From a bacterium (GTDB taxonomy: Bacteria; Actinomycetota; Acidimicrobiia; Spongiisociales; Spongiisociaceae), in the NCBI GenBank assembly GCA_028820935.1, contig JAPPHZ010000029.1, positions 151,437 through 215,436 on the forward strand: a stretch of 64,000 bases of DNA, given 5' to 3'. The notes beneath the pieces are model-generated. The model did not search any database and was not told the DNA's origin. It worked only from the letters and a program-made list of their open reading frames with translations. Of the stretch, positions 47,443 to 56,261 are shown piece after piece. The position numbers and the translations under genes were made by a program. Each line of letters starts with the position of its first letter. The stretch's first letter is position 1.

Positions 47443-48215
47443 GCTGTCCATCCACCGTCGACGAGGAGGTTCTGCCCGGTCAGGTAGGAACTCATACCCG
47501 ATACGAGGAACAGGGCCGCGCCGACCATCTCCTCCGGCCGGGCGATGCGTCCCATGGGCGTCCGCTGGAGGATGGCCGACACGTTGTCCTCGACGGCGAG
47601 ATAGTCACGGGTCATTTCGGTTCTCACCCAAGCAGGACTGATGCAGTTGAGCCGCACCTTGGGCGCCCAATGGTCGGCGAGCACGGCGCTCATGTGGATC
47701 ATGGCCGCCTTGCTCGCGCTGTAGGCGACCTGGGCGCCGTCGCTCACCACCCCTGACAGCGATGCAATGTTGACGATCGAGCCTCCATTCCCATCCAGCA
47801 TGCGGCGACCGACCTCCCTGGTCAGGAAGAAGGCGCCCCGGAGGTTCACGTCGAACAACGCATCCCATTCCGCCGGACTGATCTCCAGCGCGGAGGAGCG
47901 GTTCGTGGCCCCGGCGGAGTTGACCAGGCTGTCCAGCCCGCCCTTCCACCGCCACGCCGCCGCTACCGCCGCCGCCGTGGCCTCGAGATCGGCGATGTCC
48001 GCAACGAGCGGAAGAAACTCGCCCCCTCCGGCGCGTATCTCGTCCCCGAGATCGTCAAGGGCGTCGGCGGAGCGGGCCAGGCCCACCACAGAGGCGCCGG
48101 CCGCGGCCAGACCGATGGCTATGGATCGCCCGATTCCCCTGCTGGCGCCGGCCACCAGCGAGGTGGCCCCCGCTTGATCGGGCCGCAGGGTCTCGAATTG
48201 CCCCCAATCCGCCAC
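47439..48215 (-). CDS. SDR-family oxidoreductase.
   Basis: LVAGASRGIGRSIA glycine motif and a YxxxK region (YSASK). Confidence 0.85.
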   Translation of the reverse strand: MADWGQFETLRPDQAGATSLVAGASRGIGRSIAIGLAAAGASVVGLARSADALDDLGDEIRAGGGEFLPLVADIADLEATAAAVAAAWRWKGGLDSLVNSAGATNRSSALEISPAEWDALFDVNLRGAFFLTREVGRRMLDGNGGSIVNIASLSGVVSDGAQVAYSASKAAMIHMSAVLADHWAPKVRLNCISPAWVRTEMTRDYLAVEDNVSAILQRTPMGRIARPEEMVGAALFLVSGMSSYLTGQNLLVDGGWTA

Positions 48216-48276
48216 GAGCGCCCTCCCTGACCTCCGATAAGCTGGGATCGGATCTCAACCAGCGAGGAAAACCCTA

Positions 48277-49719
48277 ATGGCCTTGTTCGACGAGTATGAA
48301 GACTACGACGCGCTCGGCCTGGCCGCCCTCATCCGCGACCGCCGGACCACGCCCGGAGAGTTGCTCGACGTGGCGCTGGATCGGGTAGCGACCAGGAATC
48401 CCGGCGTCAACGCGGTCATACACCTCATGGAGGACGCGGCCAGGGAGACCATCTCCCGCGGACTTCCTCCCGGGCCGGTATCGGGGGTTCCCTTCATGCT
48501 CAAGGATCTTCACGCGCTCTGCGCCGGCGAACCCACTAGCAACGGATCCCGCCTCTACCAGGGGAACGTCGCGGACCATGACAGCACCATCATCGCCCGG
48601 TACCGAGAGGCCGGCCTACTCCTCTTCGCCAAGACCAACACGCCCGAGGTCGGGATCAGCGGCACCACCGAGCCGGTTCTGCACGGGCCGACGCTAAACC
48701 CATGGGACAGGTCCCGCAGCGCCGGAGGGTCGAGCGGCGGAGGCGCGGCGGCGGTGATCACCGGCATGGTGCCCGTCGCGCAGGCAACCGACGGGGGCGG
48801 CTCGATCCGCAGTCCGGCCGCCAACTGCGGGCTGTTCGGTCTGAAACCGACCAAAGCACGGACACCGGCCGGTCCCGACGCGGGGGAGGGATGGAGCGGC
48901 CTTGCCACGTACCATGTCGTCTCCCGCACGGTGCGGGACAGTGCCGCCTTCCTCGACGTGGCCCACGGACCGGAACCCGGCGACCCCTACACCGCGCCCG
49001 TACCCGATCGCGACTTCCTGGCCGAGGTCGGCAGGGACCCGGGCAGGCTCCGCATCGCTCTGTGGACCGAGGGCCTCTGCGGGGAACCCGTCGACCCGGA
49101 GTGCGTGCTGGCTACGGAACGGGTCGCCGGCCAGCTGGCGGAACTCGGTCACACGGTCACCCCCGCCGTGCCTCCGGTCTCGGGGGCCGAATCCCGCCGA
49201 GCGATAACCACGATCCTCGTGGGGCATACCGCCAACCACGTCACGCTACGGCTGAATGCGCTGGGCCGTGCCCTCCGGAGCGACGATCTGGAGAACATAA
49301 CCCGGCTGGCCGCCGAGGAGGGGAACCGTCTGTCGGCGCGTGACTACGCCAACGCCTTGGTGATGGCTCATCGCACCGGCCGTCAGATGGCCGGGTTCTT
49401 CGACGAGTACGACATCATCCTGAGCCCCACCCTCGCCGATCCCCCCCTCCCGCTCCGCGGCCTCGACATGATGGGGGACGATCTGGACGTCTACATGGAC
49501 AGGCTGTGGGGGCACATGGCCTTCACCCCGCTCTACAACCTGAGCGGTTGCCCCGCCGCGAGCCTTCCGATGCATATGACACCTGACGGTCTCCCCGTAG
49601 GCGTCCAGATCGGCGCCGCCTTCGGCAACGAGGCCCTACTGTTCCGCCTCGCCGCCCAACTCGAAGAGGCCGACCCGTGGTGGGATCGCCGGCCCCCACC
49701 GCTGAACACGGAAAACTGA
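48277..49719 (+). CDS. Amidase-signature-family amidase (GatA/AtzE/AtzF-like).
   Basis: The GGSSGG amidase-signature motif and the Ser-cisSer-Lys region are present. 480 aa. Confidence 0.85.
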   Translation: MALFDEYEDYDALGLAALIRDRRTTPGELLDVALDRVATRNPGVNAVIHLMEDAARETISRGLPPGPVSGVPFMLKDLHALCAGEPTSNGSRLYQGNVADHDSTIIARYREAGLLLFAKTNTPEVGISGTTEPVLHGPTLNPWDRSRSAGGSSGGGAAAVITGMVPVAQATDGGGSIRSPAANCGLFGLKPTKARTPAGPDAGEGWSGLATYHVVSRTVRDSAAFLDVAHGPEPGDPYTAPVPDRDFLAEVGRDPGRLRIALWTEGLCGEPVDPECVLATERVAGQLAELGHTVTPAVPPVSGAESRRAITTILVGHTANHVTLRLNALGRALRSDDLENITRLAAEEGNRLSARDYANALVMAHRTGRQMAGFFDEYDIILSPTLADPPLPLRGLDMMGDDLDVYMDRLWGHMAFTPLYNLSGCPAASLPMHMTPDGLPVGVQIGAAFGNEALLFRLAAQLEEADPWWDRRPPPLNTEN

Positions 49720-49764
49720 CTCTCCGATCACGGGTAGCCGGTTCTCACCGGCCACCGTTTCTGG

Positions 49765-50733
49765 TCACCGTCCGCTGTTTCGGTGGTGGTGTAGTCGGTA
49801 GACGCGGCGGGTGTTCTCTCCGAGTATTTGGTCGATTTCGTGTTGGGGGATGCGGTAGCCCAGTTGTTTGGCCCATTCGGGGAGCATGCGGAATTGGTCT
49901 ACCCATTGTTTGAGGGTTAGGGAGACTTCTATGCCGGCCATGTCGGAGCCGAAGAGGATGCGGTCGGGTCCGATGCGGTCTCTCATCCATACGATTTTGC
50001 GGACTAGTTCGTCGGGGGAGATCCAGTGTTGCCATAGGCTCATGTCGAGGTGGACGTTGGTTTTGTAGATGGCGACGGAGATGGCTTCATGCGCCCAGGT
50101 TTCGTAGCGGGCGGAGTGGCCGAGGATGAAGCGTAGGTCGGGGAAGTCGGCGGCGGCTGAGTCGACGTAGATGGGGTGTCCGTATTTTGATTTGTGTCGT
50201 CCTGCGGAGTGTCCTTGGTGGAGGAGTACGGGTAGGTCTCTTTCGAGGAGGAACCGGTAGAGGGGGTAGACGACGTTTTCGTCGTCGGGGTAGAAGCCGT
50301 TGGTGGGATACAGTTTGAGGCCTATGGCGCCCCATTGGTCTACTGCGGTGGTGAGTATTTCGAGGGCGTCGGGGCGTCGGGGGTCTACTCCGCAGAAGGT
50401 GTAGAGGCGTCCGGGGTGTCTTTTGGTGGCTTCGGCGCAGAGCCGGTTCTTTTCTGCGATGGGGATGACGCCTTCTTCGCCCAGGCCGACACCGTGGTCC
50501 ATGGGCATCATCACCGACGCGTCGACCCCGGCCTCGTCCATGCGAGCAACCGCCTTATCACCGTTACCGTCGGCGGCCACACTCCAAGCCTTCGCGAAGT
50601 ACTCGGGGTCGGACTTGGGAGGGTCGTACCAGCGCACCTGCCTAGCCCAGGATTCGGCCATACCCGAGGACACGTTCATCGGGTTCCAATCGGGTTCCAT
50701 GATGTGCATATGGCAGTCCACCACCAAGGGCAT
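49765..50733 (-). CDS. Amidohydrolase-2 family hydrolase (copy B).
   Basis: MPLVVDCHMHI start with an AGAGGAG RBS upstream. The C-terminal 260 aa are identical to copy A. Confidence 0.75.
   Translation of the reverse strand: MPLVVDCHMHIMEPDWNPMNVSSGMAESWARQVRWYDPPKSDPEYFAKAWSVAADGNGDKAVARMDEAGVDASVMMPMDHGVGLGEEGVIPIAEKNRLCAEATKRHPGRLYTFCGVDPRRPDALEILTTAVDQWGAIGLKLYPTNGFYPDDENVVYPLYRFLLERDLPVLLHQGHSAGRHKSKYGHPIYVDSAAADFPDLRFILGHSARYETWAHEAISVAIYKTNVHLDMSLWQHWISPDELVRKIVWMRDRIGPDRILFGSDMAGIEVSLTLKQWVDQFRMLPEWAKQLGYRIPQHEIDQILGENTRRVYRLHHHRNSGR
49780..50562. repeat. Second copy of the identical 783-bp block.
   Basis: See 46483..47265. Confidence 0.85.
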
Positions 50734-50735
50734 GG

Positions 50736-52292
50736 TCACTCCTCTCTTGAACCGCTCCCCGTCAGGGGCGGATGCTTGGCGTTGTATACGGCCGCCGGCT
50801 CCAACGGTGTCCGGGCCCACGGGCGGTAGAAGTCGAGGACGTAGGGGTCCACCTCCCATCCCAGGCGCACCGACTCCGGGTCTGGGTCGCCTCCCATGAT
50901 GCGCGCAGCCGCTTCGGTGACGTAGTCATGCACCCGGCTGTGCGGAATGCGGGTGAACTCGCCGTCGTCGAACACGATCTCTCCGGCGACCATGACCGAG
51001 GCCACGTCGGCGGAAGAGGCTCGGTCGAGGATCACGTCCAGGGGCGGGGTGGACGCGTAGCGTTCCTCCGGCCAGAACAAGCGGTCGCGGCTCAATACGA
51101 CCAGGTCGGCTTCCTTGCCGACGCCGAGCGAGCCGAGTTCGGACTCGAAGCGGATCGCCCGGGCGCCGTTCTCCGCCGCGGCTCGCAGGACGGCTTCCGA
51201 ATCGAGGCGCCCGACCTCGAGCAATCCCGGCGTTCTCTGCAGGTAGGCGGCGAGGCGGAGCTCCTGCAAGAAGTCGCCGGAGTCGGAGAAGGAGATGTTG
51301 TCGGTGCCGAAGCACACCCGCCCGCCGCGGTCCATGATGTCCCTCACCCGCGCTATCCCGGTGCTGAGCCGGAGGTTGGAGCCGGGATTGTTGACGGCCA
51401 CCGCTCCCGTATCGGCGAGTATCGAGATGTCCTCGTCGGTCGCCCAGACGAAATGGGAACACGACACGTCGGGCCCCAGCACCCCGAGATCCGCCAGGCG
51501 GCGCATGGCGGTCTTGCCGTCGCTCTCCAGCGCGTACATCATCTCGGAGCGGGTCTCGAGCACGTGCGTCATGATCCCCGTTCCGAACTCATCGGCGAGG
51601 CGGCGGTTCCGGACGTAGAGCTCGTCCGAGCACGCCGGCGTCCAGTCCGGGGCGAGCAGTATCCGGATGCGGCCGTCCCGGTGATCCCACCGCGAGACCA
51701 GGTCCCGGTAGGTGGCGAACACCTCTCCGGTCGGCCACGCATAACCCATCGCCGATGCGCGCACGCGGGCAGCCAGATCCTCCGGGAGCATGGCGAGGAA
51801 CGACTCGTCGTCGGCGTGGACCAGGGTGTTCCGGTCCCTCGTCACCACACCGAGGGCCACCCGAACTCCGAGGTCCCGGTAGGCGGCCAGTATGGCGTCG
51901 TACCCGAAGTTGGGCAGACCGGACCGGCCGTAGTTGAGGTCGACGAACCCGGTCTGGCCTCCCCGCACGTCGTTCATGACGTTGGCCAGCACCGCGTGGT
52001 AGAGGTCCTCCTCGGTGACAGGGGTCCACATGCCATGCAAGTGGACGTTGGCCCGCTCGAAGATGTACTGGGCCATGCCCCTGCTCAGGGCCGAGCCCGA
52101 GTGATAATGACCGTTGATGAAGCCCGGAAGGACGGCATGGCGGGGCGATCCGACCCGCCGGTCGAAGGGACCGAGGCCCTCCAGATCGCGCCTCTTCCCG
52201 ATCCCTACGACGGTCCGATCCTCGACGACGAGCGCGCCGTCCCGGACATAACCCGGGGAAGCATCACCGAGGACGACGAGGGGATCTCCCAT
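50736..52292 (-). CDS. TRZ/ATZ-type amidohydrolase (paralog of 43561..45159).
   Basis: LPGFINGHYHSGS. Start trimmed to MGDPLVVLG (52292) by alignment to the paralog N-terminus. Confidence 0.7.
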   Translation of the reverse strand: MGDPLVVLGDASPGYVRDGALVVEDRTVVGIGKRRDLEGLGPFDRRVGSPRHAVLPGFINGHYHSGSALSRGMAQYIFERANVHLHGMWTPVTEEDLYHAVLANVMNDVRGGQTGFVDLNYGRSGLPNFGYDAILAAYRDLGVRVALGVVTRDRNTLVHADDESFLAMLPEDLAARVRASAMGYAWPTGEVFATYRDLVSRWDHRDGRIRILLAPDWTPACSDELYVRNRRLADEFGTGIMTHVLETRSEMMYALESDGKTAMRRLADLGVLGPDVSCSHFVWATDEDISILADTGAVAVNNPGSNLRLSTGIARVRDIMDRGGRVCFGTDNISFSDSGDFLQELRLAAYLQRTPGLLEVGRLDSEAVLRAAAENGARAIRFESELGSLGVGKEADLVVLSRDRLFWPEERYASTPPLDVILDRASSADVASVMVAGEIVFDDGEFTRIPHSRVHDYVTEAAARIMGGDPDPESVRLGWEVDPYVLDFYRPWARTPLEPAAVYNAKHPPLTGSGSREE

Positions 52293-52364
52293 CACCAGCG
52301 TCCGGCTCACCGTGGTCCTCCCACCCTGGTCCTCCTTGGGTGACCTGACCATAATGCCACCAGA

Positions 52365-53513
52365 GTGAGGTTGCTGGAACACGAGTCCAAGGCCCGCCTG
52401 GCCAGGGCCGGGGTGAGGGTTCCACGGGGCGCCGTCGCCACCACCCCGGAACAGGCCGGGTCTGCCGCGCCGGCTCTGGGCCGCGAGGTCTTCGTCAAGG
52501 CGTTGGTCCCGGCGAACCGGCGGTCGAAGAACAACGGCGTGATCGGCCCCATCGGGCCGGACGGCGTGGCGCGAGCGGCGCATGAGCTGCTCGCCTCCCG
52601 GATCCTGGGCCATCGGTGCCGGTCGGTATACGTGGAGGAGGCTGTCGCCGTGGCCGGAGAGCTCTATGCCGCCTTCTCGTGGAGTCCTCGCGGCCCCAGG
52701 GCCACCGCATCCGCCGCAGGAGGTGTGGACATCGAGAACTCGGGCGGTGCGATGGTCCATCTTGACCTGGAGGGGTTGGCGGACCTACCCCGAGGCGGGG
52801 CGGAGCGTCTCTGGGGGCGGGCGCTGGGCGACTCCCGGGTCCCGACTGCGCTGGTCGACCTGACCGTGTCCGCAGCCGGCGTCTTCTTCGACGACGCGCT
52901 GCTGGTGGAGCTGAACCCGCTGGCCAGGTCGGCCGACGGGTCGTTCACCGCAGTCGGCGCGCTGATCGAAATGGACGGCAGCGCCCTCTTCAGGCATCCG
53001 GAACTCCGATGGCGTCCCGACGGACTCAGCGAGCGGGAGGCCGTCGTGGCAGAGGCCGACCGCCGGCTTCCGGGCGCCTCGGTACGTTACGTGGAGCTCG
53101 ACGGTGATACGGGGCTGCTGGTGGGCGGCGGCGGCGCCGGGCTGTACCAGCACGATCTGCTGGTCCGAGCGGGGGTGCGACCGGCCAACCACAGCGACCT
53201 GGGCGCCGGGGTATCGGCCGAGAAGCTGGACGTGCTGATCGGGGCCGTGCTCGGCCACCCGAACCTCTCGCGCCTGCTGGTCAGCTTCAACATCCTCCAG
53301 CTGGCCCCGTGCGACCTCATCATGGAGAGACTCCTGGCGGGCCTGGACAGGATGCGAGGCCGGGACGGCCCGATCCCGGTGGTGGTCCGGCTCGAGGGCC
53401 TCAACGCCGAGCGGGCCCGGAGGCTGGCGGCAGGACGCGCCGGTTTGCGGTACCTTCCCTCCGGAGCGAGCCTGGGAGAGGCCGTGGACACCCTGGTCAG
53501 GATCAGCCGGTGA
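52365..53513 (+). CDS. Succinyl-CoA synthetase beta-subunit-like ADP-forming CoA ligase (ATP-grasp plus ligase-CoA domain).
   Basis: LLEHESKARLARAG, LVELNPLARSADGSFTAVGALIEMDGSALFRHPEL and VVVRLEGLNAERARRLA align with SucC. Confidence 0.75.
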   Translation: MRLLEHESKARLARAGVRVPRGAVATTPEQAGSAAPALGREVFVKALVPANRRSKNNGVIGPIGPDGVARAAHELLASRILGHRCRSVYVEEAVAVAGELYAAFSWSPRGPRATASAAGGVDIENSGGAMVHLDLEGLADLPRGGAERLWGRALGDSRVPTALVDLTVSAAGVFFDDALLVELNPLARSADGSFTAVGALIEMDGSALFRHPELRWRPDGLSEREAVVAEADRRLPGASVRYVELDGDTGLLVGGGGAGLYQHDLLVRAGVRPANHSDLGAGVSAEKLDVLIGAVLGHPNLSRLLVSFNILQLAPCDLIMERLLAGLDRMRGRDGPIPVVVRLEGLNAERARRLAAGRAGLRYLPSGASLGEAVDTLVRISR

Positions 53514-53728
53514 TCGTCCGAGCCGACATGGCGTCGATCGTCTGGCGGATAACCGTCGGCGAAGGCGAACGGGTGCGAGCCGGGCAGGAGCTCCTCATCC
53601 TCGAGTCGATGAAGATGGAGATGCCCGTCCTCGCTCCGGTGGCCGGGATGGTGGCCGATATCCCGGTGGCTGAGGGCGACGTCATCGAGGCCGGTGACGA
53701 GCTGGTGCGGATCGAACGCAGCCGGTGA
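53510..53728 (+). CDS. Small biotinyl-domain carrier protein (BCCP / 1.3S-like, about 72 aa).
   Basis: ITVGEGERVRAGQELLILESMKMEMPVLAPVAGMVADIPVAEGDVIEAGDELVRIE: a biotin-attachment MKM hammerhead. GTGA overlaps at both ends. Confidence 0.7.
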   Translation: MIVRADMASIVWRITVGEGERVRAGQELLILESMKMEMPVLAPVAGMVADIPVAEGDVIEAGDELVRIERSR

Positions 53729-54621
53729 GCATCCTGGTCGACGAGCGGACCCGGATCCTGGTCCAGGGCATAACCGGCTCCGTAGGCCGGGTGGATACCC
53801 GGCTATGCCTCGACTACGGATCCCGGATCGTGGCCGGCGTCACGCCCGGACGGGGTGGGGAATCGGTCTCGGGGGTTCCGGTCTTCGATACGGTGGCCGA
53901 AGCAGTCGAGCGGACCGGGGCCACCGCGGCGGTTCAGTACGTGCCGGCCCGCCATGCGGCCGACGCGGTGGTGGAGGCGGCCGCATCCGGCCTGTCGCCG
54001 ATCGTGGCCATTGCGGAGAACCTGCCCCGGCATGATGCCTGGCGGGCCGCCGTGGCCGCCAGGGGCGCCGGTTCGGTCCTGATCGGGTTCAATACCAACG
54101 GCATCATCTCACCGGGAAGGACGAAGCTGGGGGGTATCGGCGGGCCGAGGCCCGACGACCTGTTCCGCGCCGGAACCGTGGGTGTCTGCTCCCGGTCGGG
54201 GGGAATGTCCGCCGAGATCGCCCGCTCGCTGGCCAGGGCCGGCAGCGGCGTCTCGACCTGCGTCTCGATGGGAGGGGAGTCGATCACCGGAAGAACCATG
54301 GCCGAGTACGCCCGCTGGTTCGAGGCGGACGAAGCCACCCGCAGCATCGTGGTCTTCGGAGAGCCGGGATCGGAGCATGAGGCACTGCTGGCCGCGGCCA
54401 TGGAGCGCGGCGAGGTCACCAAACCGGTCGTGGCGATGATCGTGGGCCAGTTCCAGGATGCCTACCCGGCCGGATCCTCGTTCGGCCATCTATCGGCGAT
54501 GGTGCGGCTCGAGACCGACCGTGCGGTGGTGAAGCGTGACATGCTGGCCGCTGCCGGAGCGCTTATAGCGGAGCGCGTCGAGGACATCCCCGACCTGATT
54601 ACCGTCATGGATGCGGGATGA
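53725..54621 (+). CDS. Succinyl-CoA synthetase alpha-subunit-like CoA-binding protein.
   Basis: MSILVDERTRILVQGITGSVG...GVTPGRGG...PVFDTVAEAV...VCSRSGGMS...FGH aligns along the full length with SucD. Confidence 0.75.
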   Translation: MSILVDERTRILVQGITGSVGRVDTRLCLDYGSRIVAGVTPGRGGESVSGVPVFDTVAEAVERTGATAAVQYVPARHAADAVVEAAASGLSPIVAIAENLPRHDAWRAAVAARGAGSVLIGFNTNGIISPGRTKLGGIGGPRPDDLFRAGTVGVCSRSGGMSAEIARSLARAGSGVSTCVSMGGESITGRTMAEYARWFEADEATRSIVVFGEPGSEHEALLAAAMERGEVTKPVVAMIVGQFQDAYPAGSSFGHLSAMVRLETDRAVVKRDMLAAAGALIAERVEDIPDLITVMDAG

Positions 54622-56174
54622 TCTGGGACCCAGAACTCGAGGAGATGGAGCGCCGGAAGGCGTTCGCGCTCTCGATGGGCGGGGACGAGGCCGTGGCGCG
54701 CCAGCACGACGCCGGCCGGCTCACCGCCAGGGACAGGATCGCTCTCCTGCTCGACGAGGGCACCTGGCAGGAGATCGGGACCTACACCGGTGCGGCCACC
54801 TATGACGCGGAGGGCCGGCTCGTCAGCGTGAAGCCGGCCAACACCATCATCGGAACAGGCCGGGTCCGCGGCCGTCGGGTGGCCGTCGAAGCCGACGATT
54901 ACACGATCAGGGGAGGCTCGACGGAAGCGCAGATCTCGGAGAAGTGGGAGTTCATCAACCGGTACGCGCTGGAGATGCGGATGCCGATGATCCGTCTCGT
55001 GGAGAACGTCGGGGGAAGTGTCCGCCTGCTCGAGAAGATGGGGCGGACCAAGATCCCCGGATACCGCATGTGGCCCCTCGCCGGGATGCTCGGCTACGTG
55101 CCCGTAGTGGCCTTGGTGCTGGGTCCGTCAGCGGGTCTCGGTCCTATGAAGGCCGCCAGCAGCCACTTCTCGGTGATGGTCCGCGGTACCAGCCAGGTGT
55201 TCGCCGCCGGCCCTCCGGTGGCGCGGGTCGCCCTGGGCAGGGACATCGACAAGGAGGAGCTGGGAGGCGCCCACATCCACACCGAGCAGAGCGGAGTGAT
55301 CGACAACGCGGCCGACTCGGAGGAGGAGGCGATCTGCCTGGCGCGCCGGTTCCTGTCCTACCTTCCGCAGAGCGTGTTCGAGATGCCTCTCCACCGCCCG
55401 TCCGACGATGCGCCCGACCGCGCCGAGGAGGAGTTGGCTTCGATCATCCCGCGTAACCAGCGCCGGGTCTACGACTCGCGGAGGCTCCTGGCGCTGGTCT
55501 TCGACCGTGGCACGCTCTTCGAGATCGCGCCGGCCTACGGTCCCTCATCTATCACGATGCTGGCCCGCCTCAACGGTTACCCGGTTGGGGTGATCGCCAA
55601 CGATCCCTACCGGTTCGGGGGCGGTCTGACCCGCGCCGCCGCCGAGAAGGTCGAGACGTTCGTGGATCTGTGCGACACCTTCCACGTTCCGATCGTGAAC
55701 TTCGTGGACCAGCCCGGCACCGTGATCGGGCTGGAAGCCGAGCGCGAAGGAGCTGTGCGGGGGACCATCCGCCTCATCTCCGCCATCGAGCAGTCGAGGG
55801 TTCCGTGGTGCGGCATGATCGTGCGGCGGCTCTTCGGTCTGGCGGGCACCAGCTACGGCCGGCTGCAGGGGCTGAACCTTCACTATGCCTGGCCGTCTGC
55901 CCGGTGGGGTTCGATCCCGATCCAGGGAGGGGTGAGAGCCGCCTTCCGCCGGGAACTCGACGCCCTGCCCCCCGACGAGGCGGCGGAAAGGCTGGCACGG
56001 CTGGAGGAGCAATACGACGGGCTGTCGTCACCCTTCCGGACGGCGGAGGCCTTCGGGGTTCCGGAGATCATCGATCCCCGCCGGACCAGACCCGTCCTGT
56101 GCCAGTGGATCGAGGACGCCTATGCCGTGCTCCCCGAGCAACTGGGGCCGACAGCCCGTACCATGCGCAGGTAG
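54618..56174 (+). CDS. Acyl-CoA carboxylase carboxyltransferase subunit (PccB/AccD-like; methylmalonyl-CoA decarboxylase alpha-like).
   Basis: Carboxyl-transferase-domain architecture. 518 aa. ATGA overlap with the upstream gene. Confidence 0.75.
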   Translation: MIWDPELEEMERRKAFALSMGGDEAVARQHDAGRLTARDRIALLLDEGTWQEIGTYTGAATYDAEGRLVSVKPANTIIGTGRVRGRRVAVEADDYTIRGGSTEAQISEKWEFINRYALEMRMPMIRLVENVGGSVRLLEKMGRTKIPGYRMWPLAGMLGYVPVVALVLGPSAGLGPMKAASSHFSVMVRGTSQVFAAGPPVARVALGRDIDKEELGGAHIHTEQSGVIDNAADSEEEAICLARRFLSYLPQSVFEMPLHRPSDDAPDRAEEELASIIPRNQRRVYDSRRLLALVFDRGTLFEIAPAYGPSSITMLARLNGYPVGVIANDPYRFGGGLTRAAAEKVETFVDLCDTFHVPIVNFVDQPGTVIGLEAEREGAVRGTIRLISAIEQSRVPWCGMIVRRLFGLAGTSYGRLQGLNLHYAWPSARWGSIPIQGGVRAAFRRELDALPPDEAAERLARLEEQYDGLSSPFRTAEAFGVPEIIDPRRTRPVLCQWIEDAYAVLPEQLGPTARTMRR

Positions 56175-56261
56175 CCGGAACGAGGAGATGCTCCGGCGCC
56201 GACCGCGCCATCCACCGATTACCCGAGACCTGGAAGCGCCCACTGCGAAAGCGAGGAGAAA

